Below, piece after piece: positions 1-13,601 of a stretch of DNA of 64,000 nucleotides; the stretch's first letter is position 1; every line of letters starts with the position of its first letter. Under the pieces are notes generated by a model. The model searched no databases. It was not told where the DNA came from and worked only from the letters and a program-made list of their open reading frames with translations. Location of the stretch: the NCBI RefSeq assembly GCF_018350175.1, contig NC_058368.1:160272001-160336000 (forward strand), in the 5' to 3' direction. The DNA comes from Felis catus (lineage: Eukaryota). A program made the position numbers and the translations under genes.

Positions 1-61
1 ACGTTCTCCATAGATACACATCCTATTGGTGTCCTTTCTCTGGAGAATCCCAACTGATACA
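1..61 (+). mobile_element. 3' end of MLT2-type (ERVL) LTR, cut by window edge
   Basis: atcctattggtgtcctttctctggagaatcccaactgataca resembles the MLT2 LTR terminus (...ctctggagaaccctgactaataca). Confidence 0.6.
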
Positions 62-1010
62 AAGTGGTATTTCCATATTTCTCTTAAGTATCTTTCTGAT
101 CAAAATACTTTTCTTAATTCCAAGGTGACTGTTGATAAAAGACAATGGTTTCTGGTTTTTAGTATATTATGTGTTTTTTTTTCTTATTATAATCACAAAT
201 GCCAACTTCCTTAACAATTTATATTCTGTAAGTAGCTTCAGATTGTTAGTCATATTAAACACATGCTCTTTACCTATGCTTGTTTTGACATAGTGTATAT
301 TTTTTTCAAGTAGGAAAAACTTAAAGATTAGAATACAGAGTCAGTTGTACCCTAAAAGTTTTCTGAGCAGGAAGCATATAAAAGCACAATGGTAATTATG
401 AAATATTTTTCACAATCATACATGAAATTAAAAATACACAATGACTTTCCAGAATGCTCCTTTGCCTTCCCAGTGTGAACTTTCAACCCTTTACTTTGTA
501 ATTCATCCTTTTACATGAAACTCACTAGGTCTCAGTAGCACCTTGTAGTAGTGAGACTTAACGGTTCTCTTTTGTCTGAGTATCCACTTAAAACAGGGCA
601 CAGTTACCCCTGGAGGAGATTATGGTGATGCAGAATATGGCCATATACTCTTGAAAAGGTCTCTTTTATCCACTATATAGCATTTTCCTTTAATCTCTAA
701 TTTGTTTTTTTGTTAGCCCCATCCTAAATCCTTCTAAGAAGAACCTTGTATACCAAACACCAGATGGAGGTCAACTCAGTAAATGGTGTTTAGTGGTGAT
801 ATACAACAGGCATAGAAAAAATCATCTATTTTTCTCTTGGGGATAAAATATCTCCTTTTTTTGTGCTATCTCCTGGAAAAATAAACTGATGGAAAGTGTT
901 TTTTGTTACTGTTATTTTTATCATAATTTTAGATATGTGAACTTAATCCTCACAAATTGTTAGGATCCTTGGGCCTTAGGCTATTTCACCTTCAAAACGA
1001 ACTACACTTA

Positions 1011-2461
1011 CAGACTTCAAACTGTATACAAAGTTGTAATCATCAAGACAGTATGGTACTAGTACAAAAACAGACACTCAGATCAATGGAACAGAATAGA
1101 GAACCCAGAAATGGACCCACAAACATATGGCCAACTAATCTTTGACAAAGCAGGAAAGAATATCCAATAGAATACAGACAGTCTTTTCAGCAAATGGTGC
1201 TGGGAAAACTGGACAGCGACATGCAGAAAAATGAACCTGGACCACTTTCTTACATCATACACAGAAATAGACTCAAAATGGATGAAAGACCTAAATGTAA
1301 GACAGGAAGCCATCAAAATTCTAGAGGAGAAAGCAGGCAAAAATCTCTTTGACCTTGGCCGCAGCAACTTTTTACTCAACATGTTTCCAGAGGCAAGGGA
1401 AGCAAAGCAAAAATTAACTATTGGGATCTCATCAAAATAAAGGGCTTCTGCACAGCGAAGGAAGCAATCAGCAAAACTAAAAGGTAACTGATGGAATAGG
1501 ATAAAATATTTGCAAATGACATATCAAATAAAGGGTTAGTATCCAAAATGTATAAAGAACTTATCAAACTCAACACCCAAAACACAAATAATCCAGTGAA
1601 GAAATGGGCAAAAGACATAAATAGACACTTGTCCAAAGAAGACATCCAGATGGCCAAACGACACATGAAAAAATGCTCCACATCACTCATCATCAGGGAA
1701 ATACAAATCAAAACCACAATGAGATCCCACCTCACACCTGTCAGAATGGCTAACATTAACAACTTGGGCAACAACAGATGTTGGTGAGGATGTGGAGATA
1801 GAGGATCTCTTTTGCATTGTTGGTGGGAGTGCAAACTGGTGCAGCCACTCTGGAAAACAGTGTGGAGGATCCTCAGAAAACTAAAAATAGAACTACCCTA
1901 CGACCCAGAAATTGCACTACAGGTATGTATCCAAGGGATATAGCTGTGCTGTTTCAAAGGGACACATGCACCCCAATGTTTATAGCGGCACTATCAACAA
2001 TAGCCAAAGTATGGAAAGAGCCCAAATGTCCATCTATAGATGAATGGATAAAGGAGAGTTGGTATATATATACAATGGAGTATAACTAGGCAATCAAAAA
2101 GAATGAAATCTTGCCATTTGAAACTGCGTGGATGGAACTATAGGGTATCATGCTAAGCAAAGTTAGAGAAAGACAAATATCATATGACTTCATTCATATG
2201 AGGACTTTAAGACACAGAACAGATGAACGTAAGGTAAGGGAAGCAAAATAATATAAAAACAGGGAGGGGAATAAAACATAAGAGACTTGTAAACATGGAG
2301 AACAAACAGAGGGTTACTGGAGGGGTTGTGGGAGGGGGGAAGAGCTAAATGGGTAAGGGGCATTAAGGAGTCGACTCCTGAAATCATTGTTGCACTATAT
2401 GCTAACTAACTTGGATGTAAATTGAAAAAATTAAAAATAAAAAAAATAAATAAAAATAAAA
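1011..2461 (+). mobile_element. 5'-truncated carnivore LINE-1 (ORF2 C-terminal remnant, 3'UTR, poly-A)
   Basis: Frameshifted ORF2 peptides ([37 protein letters not shown]); A-rich tail 2425-2461; TSD gaactacactta at 999-1010 and 2462-2473. Confidence 0.97.
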
Positions 2462-3404
2462 GAACTACACTTAAAAGTACAGTTAACTTTCTCATTCTAT
2501 GAGATAATAACATTATCAAAGCAAAAGCTTGGTCATTTTTCTTTGCAATTAAATGAAAAGTAATGAAGTTTGTGTTTGTCCCTTTTTAGTGTAACCTTCA
2601 AGGCCTCTTAGAAGTTGTGTCTCTTGGTTAATAACTAAACTCTGCTCTAGGACAGAGCCTGTGGTTTTAAATTGGACTAGCACTGTGCATTGACTTTGGT
2701 GGTAACTTTGGTAGTAGCCATAGTGACAAGACTGTCTAAAGTAGGAAATGAACTGGCCTAAAATCCTAGGCTGCACTAGGATTTTAAGGAACCCTCAAAG
2801 CCTAGTTTATAGATTGAGCAACATGAAACAGACTTGAGTAAAAATATCAGTTCTTGTCTATACTTTGTCCCTCATTTATCTCTCCATTCATTAGGTAGAA
2901 GTGGTGTTTTTGAAGGCTAGGAAGCTGACCCTATGTGCAGTATTCAAAACAGGGTATGTGCTCAACCATGTGTCCCCAGCCTGTCTTTCTGCCCTGAGTG
3001 GTTGTGGGTGAGGCATATAGGGAATTTTCTTTTTGCCTACTTCCCTAAACTTTGTTTCATCAGCTGTACCCTACTGGAATTGGATCTAAAATATGGAGAC
3101 AGGTTTAAAGGAAAACTGACTCTTCCTATAGATAAGTAGTTTATTTACTTTAGGAGATAATGAAATTTATATCTAGGATTTGACTTAAATAGAAGTTCTT
3201 GTCCAGGAATTACAAAGAGAAATTCATGACAGCTTCTAATTCCTGTGCCTATCTGAATTCAGGGAACTTCATGAGGAAAACTGGTCATTATATAGGGGTA
3301 CTACATTCTTCTGGGGACTGTCAGGTATAGGGAAAAAACAGAGTGAGCTCTCCTTCGTGTCCTCCAAGGAAAAGATGGCATCTCCTCTGGAGGCATGTTA
3401 ATAA

Positions 3405-3560
3405 CAGACTAACAGACTTTTAGGTGGAATCCTGGCTATTACTCACTAGCTTTGTGATCTTGGGCAAATGTTTAAACTTTTCTATGCCTTGATTTCTTAT
3501 CCATAAAAGGGGCATAATGCTTGTATCCACCTCCTATAGCTGTCTTCAGATTATATGAGT
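3405..3560 (+). mobile_element. MIR SINE fragment
   Basis: gaatcctggct...tgtgatcttgggcaaatgtttaaac...ttcttatccataaaagggg matches the MIR core. Confidence 0.75.
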
Positions 3561-3714
3561 GAATTGGTAACTAACAGAGTAAAGCAGGACTTTGATGTTC
3601 AATAACTTAAAAGAAGTCTTTCTTGCTATTTTTATAGCTGCATTAGAGGATTGGGTGATGCTGCATGAACTGGCCTCTGGTGACATTGCATAGAGAGCAA
3701 ACCTGAGCAGTGTA

Positions 3715-4480
3715 ATTACATAGTCTTTCATGAAAAGAAATGTGTATTGATTTAATTTTCTTTTCTATAACTGAAAATAACTTTGTTTCAGAAGATCCAG
3801 TTTTTACCTTTAAGGTAATTATTCACTTGTAGTTGGAAATGTTGTTTAATTACTGATTTACCTTGCAATTTTTACACAATCTATTCCAAATGCCCATGCC
3901 TTCCCAGAGCAGTCTTCTCTGCCCACATATCCTCTTCCTTGCCAAGATGGCGTCTGGGTACAGAAGTGATGGTGAATATAGTAGGGCCATGGTGGGCGGT
4001 CTGATCTTCATTGGCCTGCCCTGAGGGTGATGGACATCTCTTTCCTCTTGCTCCCTTGCCAAGCTCTTCTGTTCCCAAAGCTCTTCATCATCTGGTAGGG
4101 CAGCTTGTGCTTTGTTCTCTCAGAATTGGTTTTATATGGTGGTTGCTCCCAAAGAACCTCTTTCTTGCTGGTAAGACTTCAGTACTTGTGAAACTAACTG
4201 CTTATCTGATGCTCAACTATATTCTCTACCCATCCCCAGCCTTAGGCTGTATACCTAAAGTTGTCTGATAAGGAATCCTTTCACGTTAGGCCACAGTCAT
4301 TCCCTGACAGGCACATAAGGAGCTTTTGTTATTACTGCCCTTGATACTCCACCCTTGCTGTGTAATTTTTGCCCTATTATTGTAGAGCATCTCTATTCTT
4401 TGAATTTGGAGAGAGACCTACTTTATGTTCTTGGAATACTCTTTTTGAGGGTACCAAGATTCCCAAGGACCTTCACCTGA
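3715..4480 (-). mobile_element. Probable ancient Gypsy-like LTR (MamGypLTR/LTR85-like)
   Basis: Minus strand carries cccagacgccatcttgg and a purine-rich body that I recall from these LTRs; short ORFs here have no recognisable homology. Confidence 0.35.
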
Positions 4481-4540
4481 AATAATTCCACCGTCTAGGA
4501 ATATAAATATGGTCTGCATTTATAAACTCTATGCTCTAGA

Positions 4541-4752
4541 TAATGGTTGGGCTAACTACAGTTGGGCCATATCTGGCCCACTTCCTGTTCTTATAAAGTT
4601 TGATTGGATCACAGCCATGCTCAATAATTTGTGTATAATTTATGAGTGATTTTGTGCTACCATGGCAGAGTTGAATCATTTTGATAGGCTTTGTGGGCCA
4701 CAGACTCTAAAATATTTACTATCTGGCACTTTACAGAGAAAGTTTGACTCTG
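4541..4752 (+). mobile_element. MER58A hAT-Charlie MITE
   Basis: Collinear with MER58A (gggccatatctggccc...cacagccatgc...atatttactatctggcactttacagagaaagtttg); gctctaga repeated at 4533-4540 and 4753-4760 (TSD). Confidence 0.88.
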
Positions 4753-5012
4753 GCTCTAGACCTCTAGGGTCTAATCACATCTTCCAAGCCAAAAGATTTT
4801 GAAAGTCATAACAAATCCATTTATATCTTAAGTGCCTTATTCTTTCCCATAAAAGACACCTTGTTTTCAGACTATTGTGTCTGCTGTGAGTTTTAAAAAT
4901 TCTTTGAGTATTTTAGTTTGCATCTTCATTGCAGGCTGTTCAGGCATCCCCTTGAGGTGGTAAGTACCATAAAGCCAATGGGTAGAGAACTACAGAACAT
5001 CAATGTGATTTT

Positions 5013-5230
5013 TTAAAAATATTTTTATGTTTATTTATTTATGAGAGTGAGAGTGAGAGAGAGAAAACACAAGTAGATGAGGGGCAAAGAGAGACACACA
5101 GAATATGAAGCAGGCTCCAGGTTCTGCATTATCAGTGTAGAGCCCCATGTGGGGCTCGAACCCATGTACTGTGAGATCTTGACCTGAGCCAAAGTCAGAT
5201 GCTTAACTGACTGACTCACCCAGGTACCCC
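5013..5230 (-). mobile_element. Can-SINE (tRNA-derived)
   Basis: T-tail, (GA)n, body ending caggtacccc; TSD catcaatRtgatttt on both sides. Confidence 0.95.
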
Positions 5231-5319
5231 AACCATCAATATGATTTTTCAGAAAAATGACAGTCTAGGATCTCAAAATAGTGTCCTGCTTCTAACTCAC
5301 TTGGTTTACTCACTCTCTG

Positions 5320-5450
5320 ATTCAGTTACCAATCAATTATTAAAATTTACTTAACTTCACATACCAGGCACTGTGCTAGGTGCTAGGGATACAAATAATA
5401 ACAAAACAACACAAAAATTTCCCTGATCTCATGAACATGGAAGACTATTA
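5320..5450 (-). mobile_element. L2 3' end fragment
   Basis: ccaggcactgtgctaggtgctagggataca is the diagnostic L2 tail in reverse orientation. Confidence 0.75.
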
Positions 5451-8400
5451 TAACAGGACTAAAAATACATTGTGTGAATTATTTGTTGCTTTTTCTTTCC
5501 CTTTATGTTGCATGTAGACAACGAGGCTCATTGTAATTGCTTTGGTCACACTTGGAAGGCAGAGAGCCATCTAGTACAAAGTCAATAATGCTGTTGGTCT
5601 TTTGTGAAAGTGAAAGTTCTTTGAAAAGATACTGTTAAGAGCATCTTTAAATGAAGGAAGGGATAGAGGGCTCAAATGGGAGTGAGCAGGTCTGCAGTCT
5701 TGGGCTCTAGAGTAATAGAGGACTTGAGCACCACCCATGGTAGGGCTTTGGAAAGGTGGAGGATCTTTTAAACAGTAGCTATAGGACACTCCTGGAGAGC
5801 AAACTGGACATTCAGTTTCCCAAACTCAATAGACTCCTGTATTCTCTATACATAGCAGAAAAGCTTAGAGCTTCTTAAAAGGAACAATTAAAAGCTTTGA
5901 AAATGAGTATGTCAATGAAGACCATGATATAATGATGATTTAACACCCACCCCTTGTTCCCAGAACTGCATAAGTTTGGTGTGGCCCTAAGTGGATTTTG
6001 GTGTGACCCTAAAAGGGGTGCAAGGCAATAACTATGGGAGATAGAATTTCCTGTTGTTCTGGTTGGACAGAGCCTAGGGTTCAAGTTTAATTTAGTTGAA
6101 GAAGAAGATAGAAATGAATATTTTGAAATATTCGAACATATTGTCTACAATTTATACCTACGGAAAGAAAAAACTTTAATTTCCTAATGGTAGCAGTTTG
6201 ATTAAATACCTGCCATGCATTAAAGTTGGTAAAATGCAGTTGGTTAAGGTCAAGAAGTTACTGATGAAAGCCACACAGCAAGGAAGAGAGTGGCTTGAGA
6301 TTTTTAACCCAGATCTGACTCAGTAAAGCCAGAATACTTTCCTGTATCACTTCTTGAAACCTGGTGAACCAGGGCTGAGGAGGTAACCAGGGAAGCTTCT
6401 ACCAAAAATTGTCACTGTGTTGTTGAAATCATGGATGACAGAAGATTGAATATTAAATTAATAACTGTTTCTTCTTGGAAGGTTTTTCATTTTTTATATT
6501 TTTACACAAATACATTATTGAATATCTTCATATCTTTTTTTGAGGAAGGCAAGTAGTAGAAGGCACTGAAGGAAGAAAATAACTTCTGACCAGAAGACCT
6601 GATGAATTTGGGTTAGAGCTTCCAAATCTTTGGTAGAACAAATTATAGAAGACAATAATGTATGATTCATTGCTGGCTGAATGATATGGCCTGGGTAAGT
6701 GGGTTATAATTGGAGCCATTAAATCACAGCCAGGTTTGTACAGCTCTGACGTATATCAACAAAGAATTTCATAGATGTTTAAATATGGCATTAAGAATGT
6801 ACATAGTAAAAGAGTGAGTGTTTTAAAAATAGCTCCAGTGGAGCATGTACCAGCAGAGCTAATGAAAACAGAGTTTGAGAGCAGTATTACCATGAAGGCA
6901 CATTGCCTTCTGGATGCCATTTTTGGCAATCTACCACTTACTCAAAAAGGAATGTTTTTGTAGAAGAAAAAAACAATAATTGAGCCTGTATTTCATCATA
7001 CAATATGGCAATTTCTAAGTTACTTTCATGGGTGAGACTTCGTTCTCGACTTAAAGAAATGACTATAGATTTCTTAGGAGTCCTCATACACTCAAGTTTG
7101 ATTTGAAGTGCCAGGTTTTTTTGTATACTTTGTCATAAATTTCTAACATTGAATTTATATATATTTAATCGTTCATGTGTCAGAGGGTAGGAATGGTTAA
7201 AAAGCAGGACTTTAGATCTTTAATTAAACTTTTAGTCTTTTTTAGTAGATTATTTCAGAATAAAAGTAAATCTCTTAGGGGAATATAGTTTTATATATTC
7301 TGATTCAAGCTGGAATTTGAACTCCTGAATACTAGACACTGTTATAGGTGACAAGATAGATACTATTTATAGATATCGCAAATAAAGCTAGATATCTTTA
7401 AACTCTAGTGTTTCAAGGAAATGGATTTTGTTCATCCTTGTTGTACAAAGGGGAAAACTGATGACCATATAGTTTAAAATACTTATACTTGGACCACATA
7501 GTTTAAAATGGATACTTGGATAGCCTTCTATTTTCTTACATTTTCATGTCCCATTTCTGTTAATAATCAGATAAAGAATTTGATATATATTTAATTATAG
7601 GGAACAAAGAATTTTGATTGTCTTGCTGAAAAAATTAATAAGCTAAAAATTTTTATTCAAAACAGGATTTAATTTTGCAAGTTTAATTGTTTGAAATTTT
7701 TAACTGGTTGGATTAGAAAGGTCAAACAAATAAAATTAGTGGTTACTAACCTTTAGAGGATTGAGTTTTAGGACACATTATAATGGACTGATCCTACACT
7801 TGTCATGGTTTCATCTGGTCCCACATATCTGTATAAATGACAGAAACCAACTGATGAACAGGCAAGGACAGGGAAAAAGTGAAGGCAGGTAATGAATGAG
7901 TAGGAAAAAAATCCTAAGCAGACTCTAATATACAGTCAATAGTGGTGCCTATTTCTATTCAATAGAAATAGGCATATGAATAGAATATTAAAATTTTAAA
8001 CTAATATATGAGGAAAAACTATGCAAACTATCTGATAGAAAGCAAGTCTCTAAAACCCTTTTTATGTGGTTCTAAGTCCTCAGTAAAAGGGACACGTTTG
8101 GTATTTCTTAGAGTTATATTGACTTTTTAAACCAAATTAATGCAAACAAATGCTAACCTAAATGTTACCAAGTTGTGTTACTTGCATATTCTATCAGTTA
8201 ATGAGGTAAACATGATGGATACCTGATGCAAACATGATTAGAACATGCTAATTTAGTCATTTCCGTCCATATCTCCATGGATAACACATTTACACTTTGG
8301 GTAATATAGAACACATCTGTTGTAAGGCTACACAGGGACAGACCTGAATTTTATCAGACTGTCTAAATGAACTACTTATGAAAAAAAATATTGCTTTATT

Positions 8401-9599
8401 CAGAAAACCCCAAAACTCTTAAACAATTTAGTTGGATTAATTAGCAGACACCTATTTAAGCAATGGATCGGATTTTTACAGGTTTAAAAATCTTTATTAC
8501 TGTTCTGCTTAAAATTGAAAGGAAAAAAAAGCAAGGCAAAGTCATTATAAATGTCCTTTAGAATCATGGCCCAAACACTATTACAAATATTTTTTCCTAT
8601 TTTCAATACCCATCTATAACATATCAGCTGCTGTTATTAGATCTAAGTGAGAATTCTGAGAAATAGATTTCAGGATACAATATATTCATATTTGTCCAGG
8701 TTAACACTTTTGTAAGAGACTGGTTTGGTTTCTCATACCTAAAATTCAAATTTCCCTAATATAGAAAAATTTGTGTGAATGTTTGATTGTTCAGGGTATG
8801 TGTTGGCATTATCTGTGTGGGATAAATGCCAACCAGATGGTCTCTGGCAATCTAGCAGAAAGGCAGCTGGACTGCCCTTGCTTTATGTATATGGTTTAGC
8901 AGCCATGCAGAAGGCATCTGTTTTCTTTGTACTTTGAAAAGTATAAACAAATTTAAGGTATAGCCCACACACTGGCTTGAAAGTCATTATGTAAACAGTG
9001 ATGAAATAATCTCAGGTATATGTTTGCTCATGTTGTGTTTTAGCTAGATTACTTTTGGAGGTGGCAGTGGGGAAAGACAAGAAACCAAACAAGTACTTCA
9101 CCCAAATCACAATTAGGACATGTATTTTTCATTTAAAAATATGTAGCAAAATGGATGATTGATGATATTCCAGAAAACATTCTTCCTGACTTGATTTGAG
9201 GCAAGTTGTTTCGTGGTGCTATGTTTATTTCGTATGTTTATAGCTATTAACTCTTGCATACTATATAATCAGAAAGAAAAGAGAACAGAAAATGTGCCAC
9301 TTCAGAAAATAGGCTTTTGAGTTCTGGTGCACAAATCATTTAATGTACAATACATTACTTATGTTAAGACCTCCATTAGCTTCCAAATTCTGTGAAAACA
9401 AATTTAATGATAACCATGGAACTGCTGTGGATGCCTACATTTATGAGCATCAAGCAGCCACATGCTTTGCAGAAAAGGGATGGAATTGAGGATACTTAGA
9501 GTCTCGCTTCTCATCTTTTAGTATGTATAAAAGTATGAAATCGACATGAGGGTATTCTGTGATGAGGATTAAAAAAAAAATAAAACCAAGATCGTAAAG

Positions 9600-9690
9600 T
9601 AATGGGTTTGGGATGAGACCCAACAATCTGTTGTTAACAAGCATACCCAGTAATTTTGATACAGATCATCTATGCTTGAGACATAAGCTC
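9600..9690. mobile_element. MER5-like hAT fragment
   Basis: gggatgagacccaacaatctgttgttaacaagcatacccagtaattttgat resembles the MER5A palindromic body. Confidence 0.5.
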
Positions 9691-10599
9691 AAACAAGTAG
9701 TTTGTATATTTCACTGGTCATGTTCTTTTATCAATTGTTTTCATTATTTTACCCTTTTGTTTGCTTGCTTTATTTAAATAGGTGTTAGAACATGAGAAAA
9801 CGGAATGAGAGATACTATTTCCCTGATGTAAAGGAGAGTCATATACTTGGATAAAAGATGTAGGTAGCAATGTTAAACTGTTATGTAAATTGATAAACCA
9901 GATAATCCATAGTTGAGTGAAAAGAAAATGGATTTTGGATTTAGTGGGTATTTATATATTGAAGTTCTGATATGAATAGCTGTATAATTCATTTCATTAT
10001 TCTAAGCACCTATTTTCTCTTACCTGTATTTATTAGGGTAATACTAATTCTGTAATAGATAAATCCTGAAGTTTTAAAACATTTAACACAAAAAAATGTG
10101 ATAAGGATGGGTCTCAACACAGTTATTCAGGAACATACACTGAGGAAATCATTGCATCTAACAATGCATCTTCAAAAATGGCCCTTGAGGTCACCCTGGG
10201 CATTTACAACTAGCTAGCAGTTAAAAAAAGAGAAAGAATGGAGGATTTTGCAAGTTATCACTAATTTTAGAGGTATAAAAATGGAAAATGAGACTATAAT
10301 TCTCTGAATGACCTGTGGTGAGCTGGCCTAAATGAATCATTCTTATCTCCATTCGACTTGCACATTATCCTTCGTAGACATCCATGAGATGGTCCTTTGC
10401 AATTAACTGAGTGGGAATGAAAAGGGAGGAAAGAAGCAACTCCAAGAAAAGAGAGATGTGTGCAATTTGGAACATGTGAATTTTGGCAAGACAGAAGGTA
10501 TTAAGTTGGAGATAGCTTCTTGGCAATAAGATACATGATTTCATGCTGAGAGGAAGAAGAAGATTTCATGTGTTCACATATGTATACTCAACACTTAGT

Positions 10600-10990
10600 A
10601 ATGTTTGAGTTGTCATGGGTATTAATGAGATTAGAGAAGGAATGAACACCCAATTAAAAAACAAAAGGTCAAATACCATAGGGATTAGCAAGAGTTAAGG
10701 GGCAGGGAGAGGAAGAGGAGAACAAAAGTTGTGCAGAGAATTTTCTGGAAGATAAGGACAAGAGGGATGGAGTACTACAGAAGATCTGTTTCAATAGCTG
10801 GGGAAGAGTCATTGATTTTGAGATTAATGGCAATCATTGTAAATAACTTTATTATTCTTAGGTAGAAACCTGGTAGCAAGGGAGGTGAGAAATAAATTGT
10901 CAGGGGAATATGGAAAAAGTAGTAGTAAGTATAGACTACTTTGAGGAGCTGATATTGAAGAAAATGGAACAAATGGGACAGAAGACTAAA
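10600..10990 (-). mobile_element. Old L2 fragment
   Basis: Purine-rich degenerate L2 ORF2 antisense text (gtatagactactttgaggag...gaagaaaatgg). Confidence 0.55.
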
Positions 10991-11695
10991 AAGTAGATTA
11001 AATAAGAGAAGATGATTATTTAACCTGAAATTCTAACAGGTAAGAAATGAAGCCATAAATATATGAGAAATCTTGTTTTATTCTATTTTTTTAGGCTAAA
11101 CTTAATCCAAATCCAATACCTTGCCCACCTGCTGGAGAGGGAATTTAATCTATCATTATGTGACTTTTCCCTGTATCTTCTCAGGGTTGAGCACAAATCT
11201 CTAAGTGGGAAGATATTTTGCGGATGGTAAAAATTCTCACTTCTGGAATCCGGCTTTTCTAAATGATCTGAACATTGTCCTTTGAGTTTTTGTTACTCCT
11301 CCCTAAAGTTTCTTCCAGAAAATGGAGTGTGAGTCTTTGGTTCTCTGGTCCTTAAGACCCGCTTGTGGCCTTGAGGAATTCTGTCTACATTTTACCCCAA
11401 CACACGATTCCTTTTATCTCCCTTTTGAGGGAGTGCAATGTAAATATTTCCAGAAGGAGTGAGTATTCTTTAACTTGAAAGAACTTCTTATATATGCCCA
11501 GCAAGGACAAGAAAATGTAAGACAAAGAATATGAAACAAATGAAGCCTATTATAAGAGTAAAAACAGTGAATTTTCTCAATACATGTATGGAGAATTTTA
11601 TTTTAGATACTATAAGAAGAACAATCAAAAGGATCTCAAGGGGAAGTAGTGGCTGAACATGAATGACAAATGGTAATACAAAAATGTGTCATGTG

Positions 11696-13180
11696 CAAGT
11701 AATATTAAAGAAGAAAACCAAAGCAGGAGACATCACAATCACAGACTTTAGCCTCTACTACAAAACTGTAATCATCAAGACAGTATGGTATTGGTACAAA
11801 AACAGACACATAGACCAATGGAATGGAATAGAATAGAGAACCCAGAATTGGACCCACAAATGTATGGCCAACTAATCTTTGACAAAGCAGGAAAGAGTAT
11901 GCAGTGGAAAAAGTATAGTCTCTTTAACAAATGGTGTTGGGAGCTGGACAGCAACATGTAGAAGAATGAAACTAGACCACTTTCTTAAACCGTACACAAA
12001 AATAAGCTCAAAATGGATTAAAGACCTGAATGTGAGGCAGGAAGCCATCAAAAACCTAGAGGAGAAAGCAAGAAACAACCTCTTTGATCTTAGCTGCAGC
12101 AATTTCTTACTCAACACATCTCCAAAGGCAAGGGAATTAAAAGCAAAATGAACTATTGGGACCTCATCAAGATAAAAACCTTCTACGCTGCAAAGGAGAC
12201 AATCAACAAAACTAAAAGGCAACGATGGAATGGGAAAAGATATTTGCAAATAACATATTGGATAAAGGGCTAGTATCTAAAATCTATAAAGAATTCACCA
12301 AACTCCACACCCAAAACCAATAATACAGTGAAGAAATAGGCAGAAGACATGAATACACACTTCTCTAAAGAAGACATCCAGATGGCCAACAGACACATGA
12401 AATGATGTTCAGTGTCACTCATCATCAGGGAAATACAAATGAAAGCCACACTGAGAATACCACCTCATGCCGGTCAGAGTGGCTAAAAGGAACAAAGCAG
12501 GAAACTATAGATGTTGGCGAGAATGTGGAGAAATGGGAATCCTCTTGCACTGTTGGTGGGAATGCAAGCTGGTACAGCCTCTCTGGAAAACAGTGTGGAG
12601 GTTCCTCAAAAAATTGAAAGTAGAGCTACCCTATGATCCAGCAATTGCACTGCTAGGAATGTACCCAAGGGATATAGGAGTGCTGATGCATAGGGGCACT
12701 TGTACCCCAATGTTTGTGGCAGCACTTTCAACAATAACCAAGTTATGGAAAGAGCCTAAATGTCCATCAACTGATGAATGGATAAAGAAGATGTGGTTTA
12801 TATATTCAATGGTATACTACTTGACAATGGGAAAGAATGAAATCATGCCATTTGCAGCAATGTGGATGGAACTGGAGAGGATTATGCTAAGTGCAATAAG
12901 TCAGTCAGAGAAAGACAGATACTGTATGTTTGCACTCATATGTGGAGCTTGAGAAACTTAACAGAGGACCATGGCAGAGGAGAGGGGAAAAAAAGTTACA
13001 AACAGAGAGGGAGGGAGGCAAACCATAAGAGACTTAAATACTGAGAACAAGTTGAGGGTTGATGGGGGGAGGGGAGTGGGGAAAGTGGGTGATGGGCATT
13101 GAGGAGGGTACTTGTTGGGATGAGCACTGGCTGTTGTATGGAAACCAATTTGACAATAAATTATATTAAAAAATTAAAAA
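11696..13180 (+). mobile_element. 5'-truncated carnivore LINE-1 (ORF2 C-terminal remnant, 3'UTR, poly-A)
   Basis: ORF 12467-12952 is the L1 ORF2 C-terminus with CCHC region ([26 protein letters not shown]); TSD aaaaatgtgtcatRtg at ~11680-11695 and ~13179-13194. Confidence 0.97.
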
Positions 13181-13550
13181 AAATGTGTCATATGTTATCA
13201 CAGCCATGTGCTTTCACAGTTTTCTCCCTTCCCGGCTTCTTTGCTTTATTCAGAAAAGGCAGAGCAGGGAATAATCCCTTGAATGGGGGGCAGGACACCA
13301 CCAACCTGTGCGTGGAGTTCTCTGTGTGTTGGATGGCTGAGAGGCAGAGAGGTTGCTTTATGAAAATAACTGGAGCAGTGCATTCTAATGATGCATTAGA
13401 TGTAGAAAGGTACTTCTAATTTTCTCTTACTGTGTCATTCTTTTGCTTCATAATTAATTGTGGTGGAGTTCTAACAAAAGACCTATATCACTCTGAGAGT
13501 TTTTGTGGTGTTTTTAGCTATAACGGTACTCTCTAAAAGAAAAAAAAAGT

Positions 13551-13553
<3 letters not shown>

Positions 13554-13597
<44 letters not shown>
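13554..13597. repeat. (TA)n microsatellite
   Basis: Direct reading. Confidence 0.98.

Positions 13598-13601
<4 letters not shown>

Noticed and set aside
3850..4268. Overlapping short ORFs as a processed pseudogene
   Set aside because: No recognisable protein, poly-A or TSD; the sequence fits an old LTR better.
12467..12952. 161-aa ORF as a host gene
   Set aside because: It is the L1 ORF2 C-terminus inside a truncated L1 with TSDs.
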